Assembly (NCBI GenBank): GCA_047150005.1
Contig: AP038806.1
Span: 3,360,001 to 3,424,000, forward strand
DNA: 64,000 nt
Source: Nitrospira sp.
Lineage (GTDB): Bacteria > Nitrospirota > Nitrospiria > Nitrospirales > Nitrospiraceae
Reading direction: 5' to 3'
The translations under genes and the position numbers were made by a program. Position 1 is the stretch's first letter. Each line of letters opens with the position of its first letter. Of the stretch, positions 32,269 to 41,994 are shown one piece after another. The notes beneath the pieces are model-generated. The model made no database searches. It saw only the letters and a list, made by a program, of their open reading frames with translations, and was not told the origin of the DNA.

Positions 32269-33873
32269 ATGAACCAACCAGCTCGGAGCGCGCTCGTGTC
32301 GGCTGTCGCCTTTGTGGTGGCGGTTGCCGCATCGACGCAGGCGCAGGCTGAACAAGCGAAATCCGTCGACAGTCCGCGGGGCAAACCCAACATCCTCGTG
32401 ATTTGGGGCGACGACATCGGCGTGCACAACATCAGCGCGTACAACCACGGAATTATGGGGTATCGGACTCCCAATATCGACCGCATTGCCAAGGAAGGGG
32501 CGATGTTCACCGATGCCTATGGGGAACAATCCTGCACGGCCGGACGAGCCGCATTCATGCTCGGTCAGCACCCGTTTCGGACCGGACTGTTGACCATCGG
32601 CATGCCCGGTTCGCCGCACGGCATTCCGGATTGGACGCCGACCATCGCGGACATCATGAAGGAACAGGGTTACATGACGGCGCAGTTCGGCAAGAATCAT
32701 TTCGGCGACCACGATCACCACTTGCCCACCGCACACGGCTTTGACGAGTTCTTCGGCAATCTCTACCATCTCAATGCGGAGGAAGAGCCGGAGACCTACT
32801 ATTATCCGAAGGATCCGGAATTCAAGCGGAAATACGGCCCGCGCGGTGTGCTCAAAACCACGGCTGACGGGAAGATTCAGGATACGGGTCCGTTAACACG
32901 TAAGCGCATGGAGACCGTGGATGAGGAATTCTTTGCCGGAGCCGTGGAATATCTGGAGCGGGCGAAGAAAGCCGACAAACCCTTCTTCGTCTGGTTCAAC
33001 ACGACCCGGATGCATGTCTGGACGCATCTGAAGAAGGATAGTGACGGAGTCACCGGAGTCGGTCTGTATCCGGATGGCATGGTCGAGCACGACAAGATGG
33101 TCGGCGCCCTTCTCAAGAAGCTCGAAGAGCTTGGGTTTGCGGACAACACGATCGTCATGTATTCAACGGACAACGGCGCGGAAACCGTCACGTGGCCCGA
33201 CGGCGGGATTACGCCGTTTCATGGAGAAAAGGGGACCACTTTCGAAGGCGGCCATCGGGTTCCTCTTCTCGTGAAATGGCCGGGGGTCATTAAGCCGGGC
33301 TCGATTTACAACGACATGATCGGCCACAATGATTGGATGCCGACCTTTGCCGCAGCCGCCGGCATACCCGACATGAAAGAGAAGCTGATGAACGGCGTGA
33401 AGCTCCATGGCAAGGATTTCAAGGTCCACCTGGACGGGTATAACCTGTTGCCGTACCTCAATGGAGAGATGAAGAAGGGACCGCGTGAGGAGTACTTCTA
33501 CTTCGGCCAGGGAGGCGAATTGAATGCGGTGCGGTGGAACGACTGGAAAGTGAATTTCGCGATGATCGACGGCAACATCGCCACAGGCACACGCAAGGTG
33601 ACCGGTTGGCCGATCATCGTGAACTTACGAGCGGATCCATACGAAAAAATGCCGTTTGAGTCCGGATCGTACATTCGTTGGTACGCAGACAACCTGTGGT
33701 TGTTCGTTCCGATTCAACAGAAAATCAAGGCGTTTTTCGCAGATTTTGAGAAGTATCCGTATCAGGCCGGAGCCAGCCTCAATGCGGCGGGGATCAATTA
33801 CCAGACGCTGAAAGTCATGGAGGCGCTGAAGCGGTTGCAGCAACTGGAGAGCCTGGCGCCACCGACCAACTGA
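32269..33873 (+). CDS. Secreted arylsulfatase
   Basis: PNILVIWGDDIG, SCTAGRAAF (CxAxR), GKNHFGD and TDNG. Confidence 0.93.
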   Translation: MNQPARSALVSAVAFVVAVAASTQAQAEQAKSVDSPRGKPNILVIWGDDIGVHNISAYNHGIMGYRTPNIDRIAKEGAMFTDAYGEQSCTAGRAAFMLGQHPFRTGLLTIGMPGSPHGIPDWTPTIADIMKEQGYMTAQFGKNHFGDHDHHLPTAHGFDEFFGNLYHLNAEEEPETYYYPKDPEFKRKYGPRGVLKTTADGKIQDTGPLTRKRMETVDEEFFAGAVEYLERAKKADKPFFVWFNTTRMHVWTHLKKDSDGVTGVGLYPDGMVEHDKMVGALLKKLEELGFADNTIVMYSTDNGAETVTWPDGGITPFHGEKGTTFEGGHRVPLLVKWPGVIKPGSIYNDMIGHNDWMPTFAAAAGIPDMKEKLMNGVKLHGKDFKVHLDGYNLLPYLNGEMKKGPREEYFYFGQGGELNAVRWNDWKVNFAMIDGNIATGTRKVTGWPIIVNLRADPYEKMPFESGSYIRWYADNLWLFVPIQQKIKAFFADFEKYPYQAGASLNAAGINYQTLKVMEALKRLQQLESLAPPTN

Positions 33874-33895
33874 AGTGGAGAAGGAGGCGGACGTC

Positions 33896-34342
33896 ATGCT
33901 GAATCAACCAACGATACGTTGGTGGGTTCTTTCTTTGGCTCTGCTCGTCGGCTGCGCGTCAGGCTCCGATCATCAAGACCGCTCCTGGAAACCGGTGCCG
34001 ATTACCGGGGTTCATATGGTCGTCGGTGAATGGGAAGGAACGGTCAAGAAGGAACACGGCGCGCTCGTCGAAGGCGGAGGTCGTCTCATGATTCGAGACA
34101 ACAGCACATACTTGTTTGCCGGCCAAACGACCACCAGATCGGCGGTCGGGAGCGGACCGCTTGAGGTGAAGGACGGCCGATTGATCGGCGATACCAATCG
34201 CCGCGCCCTCACGCTGATGTTGTATGACCATAAGGGGCAGGAGGTGATCGTCGTCGATGCGACGAATCATGAGACGGGCGAACGCTATCGCGGGGAATTC
34301 AGGAGGGTCCAAGAATCGTCGGGCAGACCGACCTCCCCTTAA
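33896..34342 (+). CDS. Small beta-rich lipoprotein, family C
   Basis: RBS AAGGAGG, lipobox LVGC, WKPVPIT..VVGEWEG. Confidence 0.8.
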   Translation: MLNQPTIRWWVLSLALLVGCASGSDHQDRSWKPVPITGVHMVVGEWEGTVKKEHGALVEGGGRLMIRDNSTYLFAGQTTTRSAVGSGPLEVKDGRLIGDTNRRALTLMLYDHKGQEVIVVDATNHETGERYRGEFRRVQESSGRPTSP

Positions 34343-34350
34343 TCGCGCCT

Positions 34351-34791
34351 TCATTTCCAGATGTTCTTGAGAAGGTCTGATACGCCTGGACCTCCCTTGG
34401 ACCCCATAAATTCCGCGAGTGCCTCCGGCATCTTGGACGTCTGTTCCGCACTCATTCCAAGTTTGGACATGACCGCGTTCGCCTCTTCCATGCTTCCCAC
34501 ATTCTTGAATCCGCCCAAGGCCTTACTCTGATCAAGAATCTGATTCATGTCGGGCACCGAATGATACAGCTTCGCGGCGTCTTGCGCAGGTAGCTTCGCT
34601 TGGGCGAGATCAAAGAGCGCGCCGGATCCACCTACGGCCTGGGGAAGCGACGCGCCGACCTTAGTGACCATCGACTTCACCATCGGGTTGTCCGCCAGGG
34701 ACGCGAGAGTGTTCATCGACATGCCCGAACATCCGGTCATGAGGAGCGCACACAATGGCATGGCAACGAACGATACAAAGGTCGGTCTCAT
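34351..34791 (-). CDS. DUF2780-like lipoprotein
   Basis: Lipobox MTGC; QAVGGSGALF, VPDM and SKLGMS motifs. Confidence 0.7.
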   Translation of the reverse strand: MRPTFVSFVAMPLCALLMTGCSGMSMNTLASLADNPMVKSMVTKVGASLPQAVGGSGALFDLAQAKLPAQDAAKLYHSVPDMNQILDQSKALGGFKNVGSMEEANAVMSKLGMSAEQTSKMPEALAEFMGSKGGPGVSDLLKNIWK

Positions 34792-34878
34792 GGGGTCTCC
34801 TTTTCTTTCCTATTGAGTGGTGAACAGTCCCGTTGATCCAAGTCGGCCCAGTATCTCATAGGGCCCACATACCGCCTA

Positions 34879-34894
34879 CTGTCAATTGTGACAG
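34879..34894. promoter_or_regulatory. CTGTCA-N4-TGACAG palindrome, copy 3
   Basis: ctgtcaattgtgacag in a divergent intergenic region. Confidence 0.65.
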
Positions 34895-35013
34895 AGCATC
34901 GACGCTGGTGGGTTCATTGGCCTGTGAGACTCGATGGCCTCGAAGCATGGCTACGAGCACAGGCTGGCTCCCATCGTGCAGGACAACATGTCCGGCAGGC
35001 CTCCCGGGGGCTT

Positions 35014-35029
35014 CTGTCACTTTTGACAG
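35014..35029. promoter_or_regulatory. CTGTCA-N4-TGACAG palindrome, copy 4
   Basis: ctgtcacttttgacag followed by ttcc, as in copies 1 and 2. Confidence 0.7.
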
Positions 35030-35189
35030 TTCCAACCCGATGGGAAGACATGCTACCCCAGAGAACCAGGCTGCCGTGTCTACATCCAGGTGTCGAGCCG
35101 TACGGTCACGAGAAACAACCAAAGGAGCCACCTCTATGACATCGAGAGATTCAGTCAGGTCTTGCCGTATCCGTGTCGGTCGGAATGCC

Positions 35190-36224
35190 ATGAAACATGT
35201 GGGCTCAGCCCTGGCCGTTGTCTTGTTGACGGCGACGGGAGCCTGGGCCAAGTCCGCTTCACCCCCTCCGACAAAGCCGGTCCCGGTAACCGTCGATAAT
35301 TTTATCCGCGCCGAGACGGACCTGTATTTCAGTAACGTCGTCAAAGAGAAAGGCTTCGGCAAGTTCTTGCACAATCGCCAGGTCACGCCGATCAACAAGC
35401 AACTGGTCGTGCGGTCGAACCGGGACACGGTCTATTCGGCGGCGGTGTTCGACCTGGATGCGGGACCGGTGACGATCGTGCTGCCGGATGCCGGAACGCG
35501 GTTCATGTCGATGCAGATCATTACGGAAGACCATCTCTCTCCGCTTGTCGCGTACAAACCGGGCAGCCATACCGTGACGCGGGAGGAGATGGGCACGCGC
35601 TACATCCTGGCGGCGGTCCGCATCTTGGTCGACCCGTCCGACGTGGGAGATCTGGAGGAGGTTCATGCCCTCCAGGACGCGATCAGGGTCGAGCAGGCCG
35701 GTGCCGGGAAGTTCGAAGTCCCGCGATGGGATCCCGTCAGCCAGAAGAAGATCCGCGATGCTCTCAGCGTGCTGGGCGCGACGGTACCTGATTCCAAGCA
35801 TATGTTCGGGACGAGCCAACAAGTAAAGCCGCTGCGGCATCTCATCGGATCGGCCGTGGCATGGGGAGGGAATCCGGAAACGGAGGCCGCCTATCTCAAC
35901 GTGACCCCCACTCGTAACGACGGGACCACCCTGTATAGATTGACCGTCAGGGAGGTGCCGGTCGACGGCTTCTGGTCGATCACGGTGTACAACGCGAAGG
36001 GGTACATGGAGGCGAACAAGTACGACGCCTACTCCTTGAACAGCATCACGGCGAAGAAGAGGCTCGACGGTTCAGTTGCGGTGCAGTTCGGTGGATGCAA
36101 CGGCAAAATCGCCAACTGTCTCCCAATCATGAAGGGATGGAACTACATCGTGCGCCTCTATCGTCCCCATCCGGAAATCTTGAACGGGACCTGGGTCTTT
36201 CCGGAGGCCGAGCCGATGAAGTGA
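35190..36224 (+). CDS. DUF1254/DUF1214 secreted protein
   Basis: VTVDNFIRAETD, NRDTVYS, PVDGFWSITVY, NCLP and VRLYRP. Confidence 0.88.
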   Translation: MKHVGSALAVVLLTATGAWAKSASPPPTKPVPVTVDNFIRAETDLYFSNVVKEKGFGKFLHNRQVTPINKQLVVRSNRDTVYSAAVFDLDAGPVTIVLPDAGTRFMSMQIITEDHLSPLVAYKPGSHTVTREEMGTRYILAAVRILVDPSDVGDLEEVHALQDAIRVEQAGAGKFEVPRWDPVSQKKIRDALSVLGATVPDSKHMFGTSQQVKPLRHLIGSAVAWGGNPETEAAYLNVTPTRNDGTTLYRLTVREVPVDGFWSITVYNAKGYMEANKYDAYSLNSITAKKRLDGSVAVQFGGCNGKIANCLPIMKGWNYIVRLYRPHPEILNGTWVFPEAEPMK

Positions 36225-36283
36225 ACCGATGGTTCCAGCACGGTCCTTCGTGACGGAGGAAGCCAACCTGGAGGAACAAGGCC

Positions 36284-36865
36284 ATGAACCACTTCCACAT
36301 ACTGGATCAACTCAGCAAGAACTGGGGCTGGATCGCCTTGCGTGGTGCGGCTGCCGTGATGTTCGGCATCTTAGCGCTGGCCTGGCCTGGAGTCACGCTG
36401 GTCATCTTGGCGATATTCTTCGGCGCCTATGCCCTGACCGACGGTGTGTGTGCCCTGATGGCGGCCTATCGGAGGCGTGAAGGCCGCCGGCCGGTGTGGC
36501 CGCTCGTCGTCGTCGGGCTGCTGGGAGTCGGGGCCGGCATTGTCACATTCATCTGGCCGGAGATGACCGCATTGGCCTTGCTGATGTTCATTGCCTGGTG
36601 GGCGCTCTTCGTCGGCCTATTTCAGATCGCGGCGGCGATCCGGTTGCGCAAGGAAATCGACAACGAATGGATGCTCGGGGCCTCCGGTGCCCTGTCGGTC
36701 CTCTTCGGCATTCTCATGATCACGAGTCCCGGCGCCGGCGCGCTCGCCGTGGCCTGGATCATCGGCGCCTATTCGATCGCCTTCGGCGTGTTGTTGGTCG
36801 CCTTGGCATTCCGGCTGAAGAAGGTTGCAGACCGTCCTCATGGCCGAATCGACGCGACGGCATAA
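36284..36865 (+). CDS. HdeD/DUF308 membrane protein
   Basis: Repeated LRG...FGILALAWP and AAIRLRKEIDNEW units; about 6 TM segments. Confidence 0.88.
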   Translation: MNHFHILDQLSKNWGWIALRGAAAVMFGILALAWPGVTLVILAIFFGAYALTDGVCALMAAYRRREGRRPVWPLVVVGLLGVGAGIVTFIWPEMTALALLMFIAWWALFVGLFQIAAAIRLRKEIDNEWMLGASGALSVLFGILMITSPGAGALAVAWIIGAYSIAFGVLLVALAFRLKKVADRPHGRIDATA

Positions 36866-36975
36866 GAGCACCGCATACCATCTCGTAGAGAGATCATCAA
36901 TTCCGGCAGTCGTGCCATGCCATAGGGTACGACGGTGTCATCGGCAGTGTTGATCGAGACGGAGGAGGTGAATCA

Positions 36976-38679
36976 ATGAATGGAATCTCGTCAGATGCAT
37001 CCTGCGGTTTGCTGAAAGTACGCATCGTCATGATTCTGGTCTGGTGGCTTGCCATTACCGGCATTGCCGGCGCCCAGACACAGGCGAAACCGAACATCCT
37101 TGTCATCTTCGGAGACGATATCGGCATCAGCAATATCAGCGCCTATAGTGACGGGCTGATGGGCTACGAGACGCCTACCATCGATCGCATTGCACAGGAG
37201 GGCATCCGGTTCCTCCACTACTATGGCGAGCAGTCGTGCACCGCCGGCCGCGCGGCCTTCCTTACCGGCCAGCACGGGATCCGCACCGGCCTCACCAAGG
37301 TGGGCTTCCCGGGGGCGCCCATGGGGATGAGTCAGCTCGATCCATCAATCGGCGGGATCATGAACAATCTCGGCTACGCGACCGGCCAGTTCGGTAAGAA
37401 CCATGTCGGTGATCGCAACGAGACATTGCCGACTGTCAACGGGTTCGATGAGTTCTACGGCAACCTGTATCATCTCAACGCCGAGGAAGAACCCGAACTG
37501 TCCGACTATCCCAAAGATCCGGAGTATGCGAAGAAGTTCGGCCCTCGGGGAGTGCTCAGAACAAAAGCCACCGATAAGGATGACCCGACCGTCGATCCTC
37601 GCTTCGGCAAGATCGGGAAGCAGACCATCGAAGACACGGGTGCGCTGACCAAAAAGCGCATGGAGACGATCGATGACGAGACCTCGGCCGCCGCCATCGA
37701 GTACATGAAGCGGCAGCACTTGGCGGGCAAGCCGTTTTTCGTCTGGTACAACTCGACGCGCATGCATCTTCGCACGCACGTGCGCACCGAGCATCGCGGC
37801 CGGTACACACACGGCGACAGCGAGTACATTGATGGCATGATCGAGCACGACGAGACCGTCGGGTCGTTGCTCAAGGCTTTGGACGGTATGGGGATCGCGA
37901 ACGATACGATCGTCGTCTACACTAGCGATAACGGCCCGCACATGAACACCTGGCCGGATGGCGCGATGACGCCTTTCCGCTCGGAGAAGAACACCAACTG
38001 GGAGGGTGCGTTCCGTGTGCCATGCCTGGTTCGCTGGCCGGGCCATATCAAGCCGGGGACTGTGACCAACGAACTCATGAGCCACAACGACTGGATTCCC
38101 ACCCTTGCCTCGATCGCCGGAGAACCCGACATCGTCAACAAACTGAAGCATGGCTACATCGCCAACGGGATCACGTACAAGGTCCATCTCGACGGGTACG
38201 ACCAGTCGAAATTTCTCACGTCCGTGGAAGGCACCGCAACAAAGAACAATGGCGTGAAGAGTGCCAGGAACAGGTTCTTCTACTCCGACGATGATGCTTT
38301 ATTGGTCGGCATGCGGGATGGCGACTACAAATACGTCTACTCGGAACAACGCAAGAAAGGCACGATGGGGGTATGGGCCGAGCCGTTCACGACCCTCCGC
38401 CTTCAGAAGATCTTCAACCTCATGCAGGATCCCTACGAGCGCGCGGACATCACGTCCAACACCTATTGGGACTGGAACCTCAACCACGTAGGATCCATGT
38501 ACGGCGTGATGGATGAAGTCTTTAAGTTTGCCGCGTCATTCAAGGAATTTCCGCCTCGCTCGTATCCGCCGAGCTTCAACCCGGCGACCATCATGGAAGA
38601 TACGCTGCGTGAAATTAAAGCCAGGCAGAAACTGGAGAAGGCGTTTCCGATGCTCCATGGGGAACCCTCGAAACGCTAG
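36976..38679 (+). CDS. Secreted arylsulfatase (paralog of 32269-33873)
   Basis: PNILVIFGDDIG, SCTAGRAAF, GNLYHLNAEEEPE and SDNG. Confidence 0.93.
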   Translation: MNGISSDASCGLLKVRIVMILVWWLAITGIAGAQTQAKPNILVIFGDDIGISNISAYSDGLMGYETPTIDRIAQEGIRFLHYYGEQSCTAGRAAFLTGQHGIRTGLTKVGFPGAPMGMSQLDPSIGGIMNNLGYATGQFGKNHVGDRNETLPTVNGFDEFYGNLYHLNAEEEPELSDYPKDPEYAKKFGPRGVLRTKATDKDDPTVDPRFGKIGKQTIEDTGALTKKRMETIDDETSAAAIEYMKRQHLAGKPFFVWYNSTRMHLRTHVRTEHRGRYTHGDSEYIDGMIEHDETVGSLLKALDGMGIANDTIVVYTSDNGPHMNTWPDGAMTPFRSEKNTNWEGAFRVPCLVRWPGHIKPGTVTNELMSHNDWIPTLASIAGEPDIVNKLKHGYIANGITYKVHLDGYDQSKFLTSVEGTATKNNGVKSARNRFFYSDDDALLVGMRDGDYKYVYSEQRKKGTMGVWAEPFTTLRLQKIFNLMQDPYERADITSNTYWDWNLNHVGSMYGVMDEVFKFAASFKEFPPRSYPPSFNPATIMEDTLREIKARQKLEKAFPMLHGEPSKR

Positions 38680-38910
38680 GAGCAAGAGGGACATCCTCAT
38701 GTTGCTCAAGAAAAGCTGGCCGACGGCAAGTGGCACGCAGGGGCATCGGCCGAAGCGGCGGCGAAGGCGGGCGATGTGGGTATCGCAGGAGGGGGAGGCA
38801 CAGCCGATCTTATGAAGAAGGGCTACACCTCCTATGTGTTGACCGATGCCGGTGTGTCAGCGACCGCGACGGTTGCGGCCTTGCGGGCGCAACCCTATTC
38901 AATCGACTAG
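38680..38910 (+). pseudogene. C-terminal fragment of a Ysc84/SYLF-related gene
   Basis: Start-less frame KLADGKWHAGASAEAAAKAGDVG...YVLTDAGVSATATV...*, resembling SYLF C-termini. Confidence 0.55.
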
Positions 38911-38956
38911 GTAGAAAGAGCGCCCACGCACATTCAGTAAGGCCTGGAGGAGGCCC

Positions 38957-39412
38957 ATGAACCGGATATTTTGTCTCATCCGAATGACGACCATCCTAGG
39001 CCTGAGCATGATGACGCCGGTTTCATTTGCGAATGCCGGTGAGCTTGTGCGGGAAGAAGCGGTCCGCCAGGGCAAGTGGGAGATTCTGCTCTCACCCCAA
39101 TACACGCTGGCCAAGAATCTGGGATTCGACGGAGGCACCACCGCGAAGGTCAACGGTACGTGGGGATTCGGATTGCAGATCGGTTATAACTTCACCGAAC
39201 ACCTCAATCTTGCCGGCTATTTTTCCTGGACCCAGCCGGACTATCAAGCGGTGGTGCAACCGGCCCCCGGTAACTCCGGACCCGCCCGTAACATCAGCGG
39301 CAGCCTGCAGATGAACACCCTTGATCCGGGGCGGAGTGCGGCAACAGTGGATCGATTTATCCCACATGGAAATTCCATGGTTTACGACATTCAAGTTCGA
39401 TATTGGGTTTAA
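38957..39412 (+). pseudogene. Truncated outer-membrane beta-barrel gene
   Basis: RBS, signal peptide and first strands (GFGLQIGYNFTEHL). Barrel character ends near 39320; too short for a full barrel. Confidence 0.6.
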
Positions 39413-39479
39413 GTTTTAGCACCGCCATCACCATCTACGCAGCGGATTCACTTCCGTCCTGCAATGACACAATGCCGAG

Positions 39480-39524
39480 GATATGAGGGGCGATTGGAAG
39501 AAGGTTTTCCCGTTCGACCAATAG
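39480..39524 (+). pseudogene. Remnant C-terminus of a HAD paralog
   Basis: DMRGDWKKVFPFDQ* compared with DMARDWKQVFPFDK* at the end of 41995-42978. Confidence 0.75.
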
Positions 39525-39717
39525 CGGGAAGAGGGAATCGAGGAACGTGTCGTCGAGCCGTAATTCATTTGTTTCGTGAAGTCCGCGGTGGAGGTCAAGA
39601 GGGTGATCGTTCGGATAGCGCGACCACCCTCGAGCGGGTCAGCGAAGAACAAAGAGCAGCTCTCTGCAATCAGAGCGTTCCTGGAACACAGTCATGACAT
39701 CAATTCGGTAGTGACGT

Positions 39718-40293
39718 TCATTTGTTTAGCTTGGTGAATTTCGTTCCCTCGAACGACAGGTTATACATCAATCCCTTCTGACCCAAGACGAAGCCGACGA
39801 TCGGGTCTTTCAGATTGTTGGTATCGATCGCACCCCCGGTTCCCAAAGTCACCAGGGAGACGGATCCATCCACCCCCGCCTTCCACCCGTCGCTGTCTCG
39901 GAACTTTTTCAGGGCTTCCTCCTGCAGAAATACGATGACCACCGTCTTGATTTCCCCGCCGAGCTGCAATCCAAATGAGCCTTGAAACATGTTGTAGTAA
40001 TCCGCCGTCTTGCCGGCGACTCGGAGTGCACCTTCTCCGTACTCTCCTCCAAAACCAGCCCCTCCCTTGAGCACTCTGGGGAATGCCAGCACGCCCTTGC
40101 TGCTGTCGAGGAAACCCTTACCGCCTTTGATTTCTTTTTCGAATTTCTCAATGGCATCGTCCACGCCGGCGTCAATTTCTTTGGCTGAGCCGGCCCACGT
40201 GGGGCTGGCTAGCCATCCACTCAAAATCAACGATGGCACTATCAGTGCGGCGACAAATCGCATGCCACGGAGCTTCTCACAGAACTGTCTCAT
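39718..40293 (-). CDS. Secreted Ysc84/SYLF-related protein
   Basis: FPRVLKGGAGFGGEYGEG, GSFGLQLGG and GLMYNLSFEGTKF. RBS AGGAGG. Confidence 0.88.
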   Translation of the reverse strand: MRQFCEKLRGMRFVAALIVPSLILSGWLASPTWAGSAKEIDAGVDDAIEKFEKEIKGGKGFLDSSKGVLAFPRVLKGGAGFGGEYGEGALRVAGKTADYYNMFQGSFGLQLGGEIKTVVIVFLQEEALKKFRDSDGWKAGVDGSVSLVTLGTGGAIDTNNLKDPIVGFVLGQKGLMYNLSFEGTKFTKLNK

Positions 40294-40397
40294 GACTATC
40301 CTCCTATGATAGAAAGTGTGTTGCCGACGCTTGCTCGATAGCTAGCCTTCAAACCTCTTGATGTGCGGAGTGTAGGACCCTTCCGAGGGGTCCGCAA

Positions 40398-40413
40398 CTG
40401 TCAAAAGTAACAG
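40398..40413. promoter_or_regulatory. CTGTCA-N4-TGACAG palindrome, copy 5 (one mismatch)
   Basis: ctgtcaaaagtaacag; the reverse complement including 2 flanking nt is ctgttacttttgacagtt. Divergent intergenic region. Confidence 0.6.
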
Positions 40414-40572
40414 TGCCAACAGAACAGAGCGACGTCCGGGAAACAAGCACTGGCCGAATGATTTCGGTTCGTCAACTGTTGTAAGCTCGTCCGGCCTAGA
40501 TCATGAGGGGCAAGGAAGGCAGTCTTCACCGGCGAAACAGCGGAGAGGCGGGCGATTCAATATCGTCGTTGG

Positions 40573-41172
40573 TTGACAAGCGCGAGCATCGGAATGAGAG
40601 CCATTGTCCTGGTCAACTGCACTCCGTTTCATCTGACGGACATGCGCAGTACATCCACGCCGAAGCCGAAGTCGCTGGATGTGGCGGAGCTGGCCCGGAG
40701 CCCGATTCTGGTGTTTCCGACTGAAGCCTCACCCACTCTCCAAGGGTACAGTCTCGCAGTCTCCCAGGCACTCAGCACCGCGCTTTCGCAAGTGTCTCCT
40801 CCTTTTCAGGATATTCCCCAACACGAATCGTTGAATCGAATCAACGATCATGGATTGGCGCAAGACTACACGGAAATGGTCTCCGAATTTTCCCGCAGCG
40901 GCGTCTTCGACCGATCCCGTCTGGAAAAGCTCGGTTCGGCACTTGGTCTTCAATATCTGTTCCAGCCGGGAATCGGTGATTTCGCCGAAACTCTGGCAGA
41001 CCGGCTGATGTTGGGAGGCTGGCGCCTGGTCAAGACCCGAGCCGCCACTCTTCGTCTCTGGCTGCGGCTTTGGGACATGAAGTCAGGGCACATCCTGTGG
41101 GAGGCGACAGGAGAGGCCACCGTGACGAACGGAAATCCAACGACCGGCGGAGGATCCATGGAGGCATATTGA
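40573..41172 (+). pseudogene. Family A lipoprotein, truncated
   Basis: RINDHGL, LGLQYLFQP and LRLWD..SGHILW are present. The DPVY-containing C-terminus and a clear signal peptide are missing. Confidence 0.65.
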
Positions 41173-41185
41173 AAGAGGTGGAGTT

Positions 41186-41338
41186 ATGAATTCACAACGG
41201 CTGCAGCGCGGGAGACCTGGGAGGTTCGTCCGGGCCTCGCTGGCCACGGCTCTTCTGGCCGGCGCGATCGCGCTGTGTGTCGCGCTGTTCGCCGGTGCGC
41301 TGTGGACGGTGATGCGACCCGGACACAACAGAGGATGA
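41186..41338 (+). CDS. 50-aa single-TM protein (or N-terminal remnant)
   Basis: RBS GAGGTGGAG; MNSQRLQRGRPGRFVRASLATALLAGAIALCVALFAGALWTVMRPGHNRG*. Below the ORF-track cutoff. Confidence 0.45.
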   Translation: MNSQRLQRGRPGRFVRASLATALLAGAIALCVALFAGALWTVMRPGHNRG

Positions 41339-41352
41339 TGAGGCGGTGATGT

Positions 41353-41973
41353 ATGAAATGTGACATACGTGAGATCTGCTCGGTCGGTCTGGTCCTGGCG
41401 GTTGCCTCCCTGGCTGGTTGCCCCGGCGCCAAGTACAAAGCCATGGTCGAAGCGGCTCAGAGCGAGCTGAGCCCGAAGGCGATCGCGCATGACGATGTCC
41501 ATAAGGTGCACCTCCATGAGGCGCTGGTGGCGGAGCAGGGACTGTCCGGCCTGACTTTGTCGATCTATGTGTTCATGGAGCGAGCCTATTTGGTCGGCCA
41601 TGTGGACAGTCCGGACCAACGCGAAGCCGTATTGCAGACGGCCCGACATGTTCAAGGTCTGCGATCGGTGGAGGGCTACTTGCCGGTGACCGTGCCGACC
41701 GCCGACGGCAACACCGTGTCGGACAAGGCCTCGGATGTCTCGCTGAAAGCCCAGGTCGTGTCGGCGCTCGCGCTGGAACCGGGCGTCGTGAAGAGCCGGG
41801 TTCATGCCGAGGTATTGGACGGGTTGGTCGTCCTGCTTGGTGTCGTCTCGGGAGAGCCGGAACGCCACCATGCCGAAAGGGCCGCGGCGGGGGTGGAGGG
41901 GGTCAAGGCCGTGACGAACTGGTTGTTGCTTCCCGAAGAAGGCTACATGTCGATCCGGAAGAAAATGCTGTAG
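41353..41973 (+). CDS. Dual BON-domain lipoprotein
   Basis: Lipobox LAGC; two BON units (YLVGHV...VQGLRSV and VLLGVV...VEGVKAVTNWL). Confidence 0.85.
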   Translation: MKCDIREICSVGLVLAVASLAGCPGAKYKAMVEAAQSELSPKAIAHDDVHKVHLHEALVAEQGLSGLTLSIYVFMERAYLVGHVDSPDQREAVLQTARHVQGLRSVEGYLPVTVPTADGNTVSDKASDVSLKAQVVSALALEPGVVKSRVHAEVLDGLVVLLGVVSGEPERHHAERAAAGVEGVKAVTNWLLLPEEGYMSIRKKML

Positions 41974-41994
41974 CGGCGCGTGGAGGACCCGACG

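Noticed and set aside
34833..35189. Long N-terminal extensions in the ORF track (also 13003, 17869, 24496, 30570, 46377)
   Set aside because: Signal peptides, and in most cases RBSs, indicate later starts; some extensions cover regulatory motifs.
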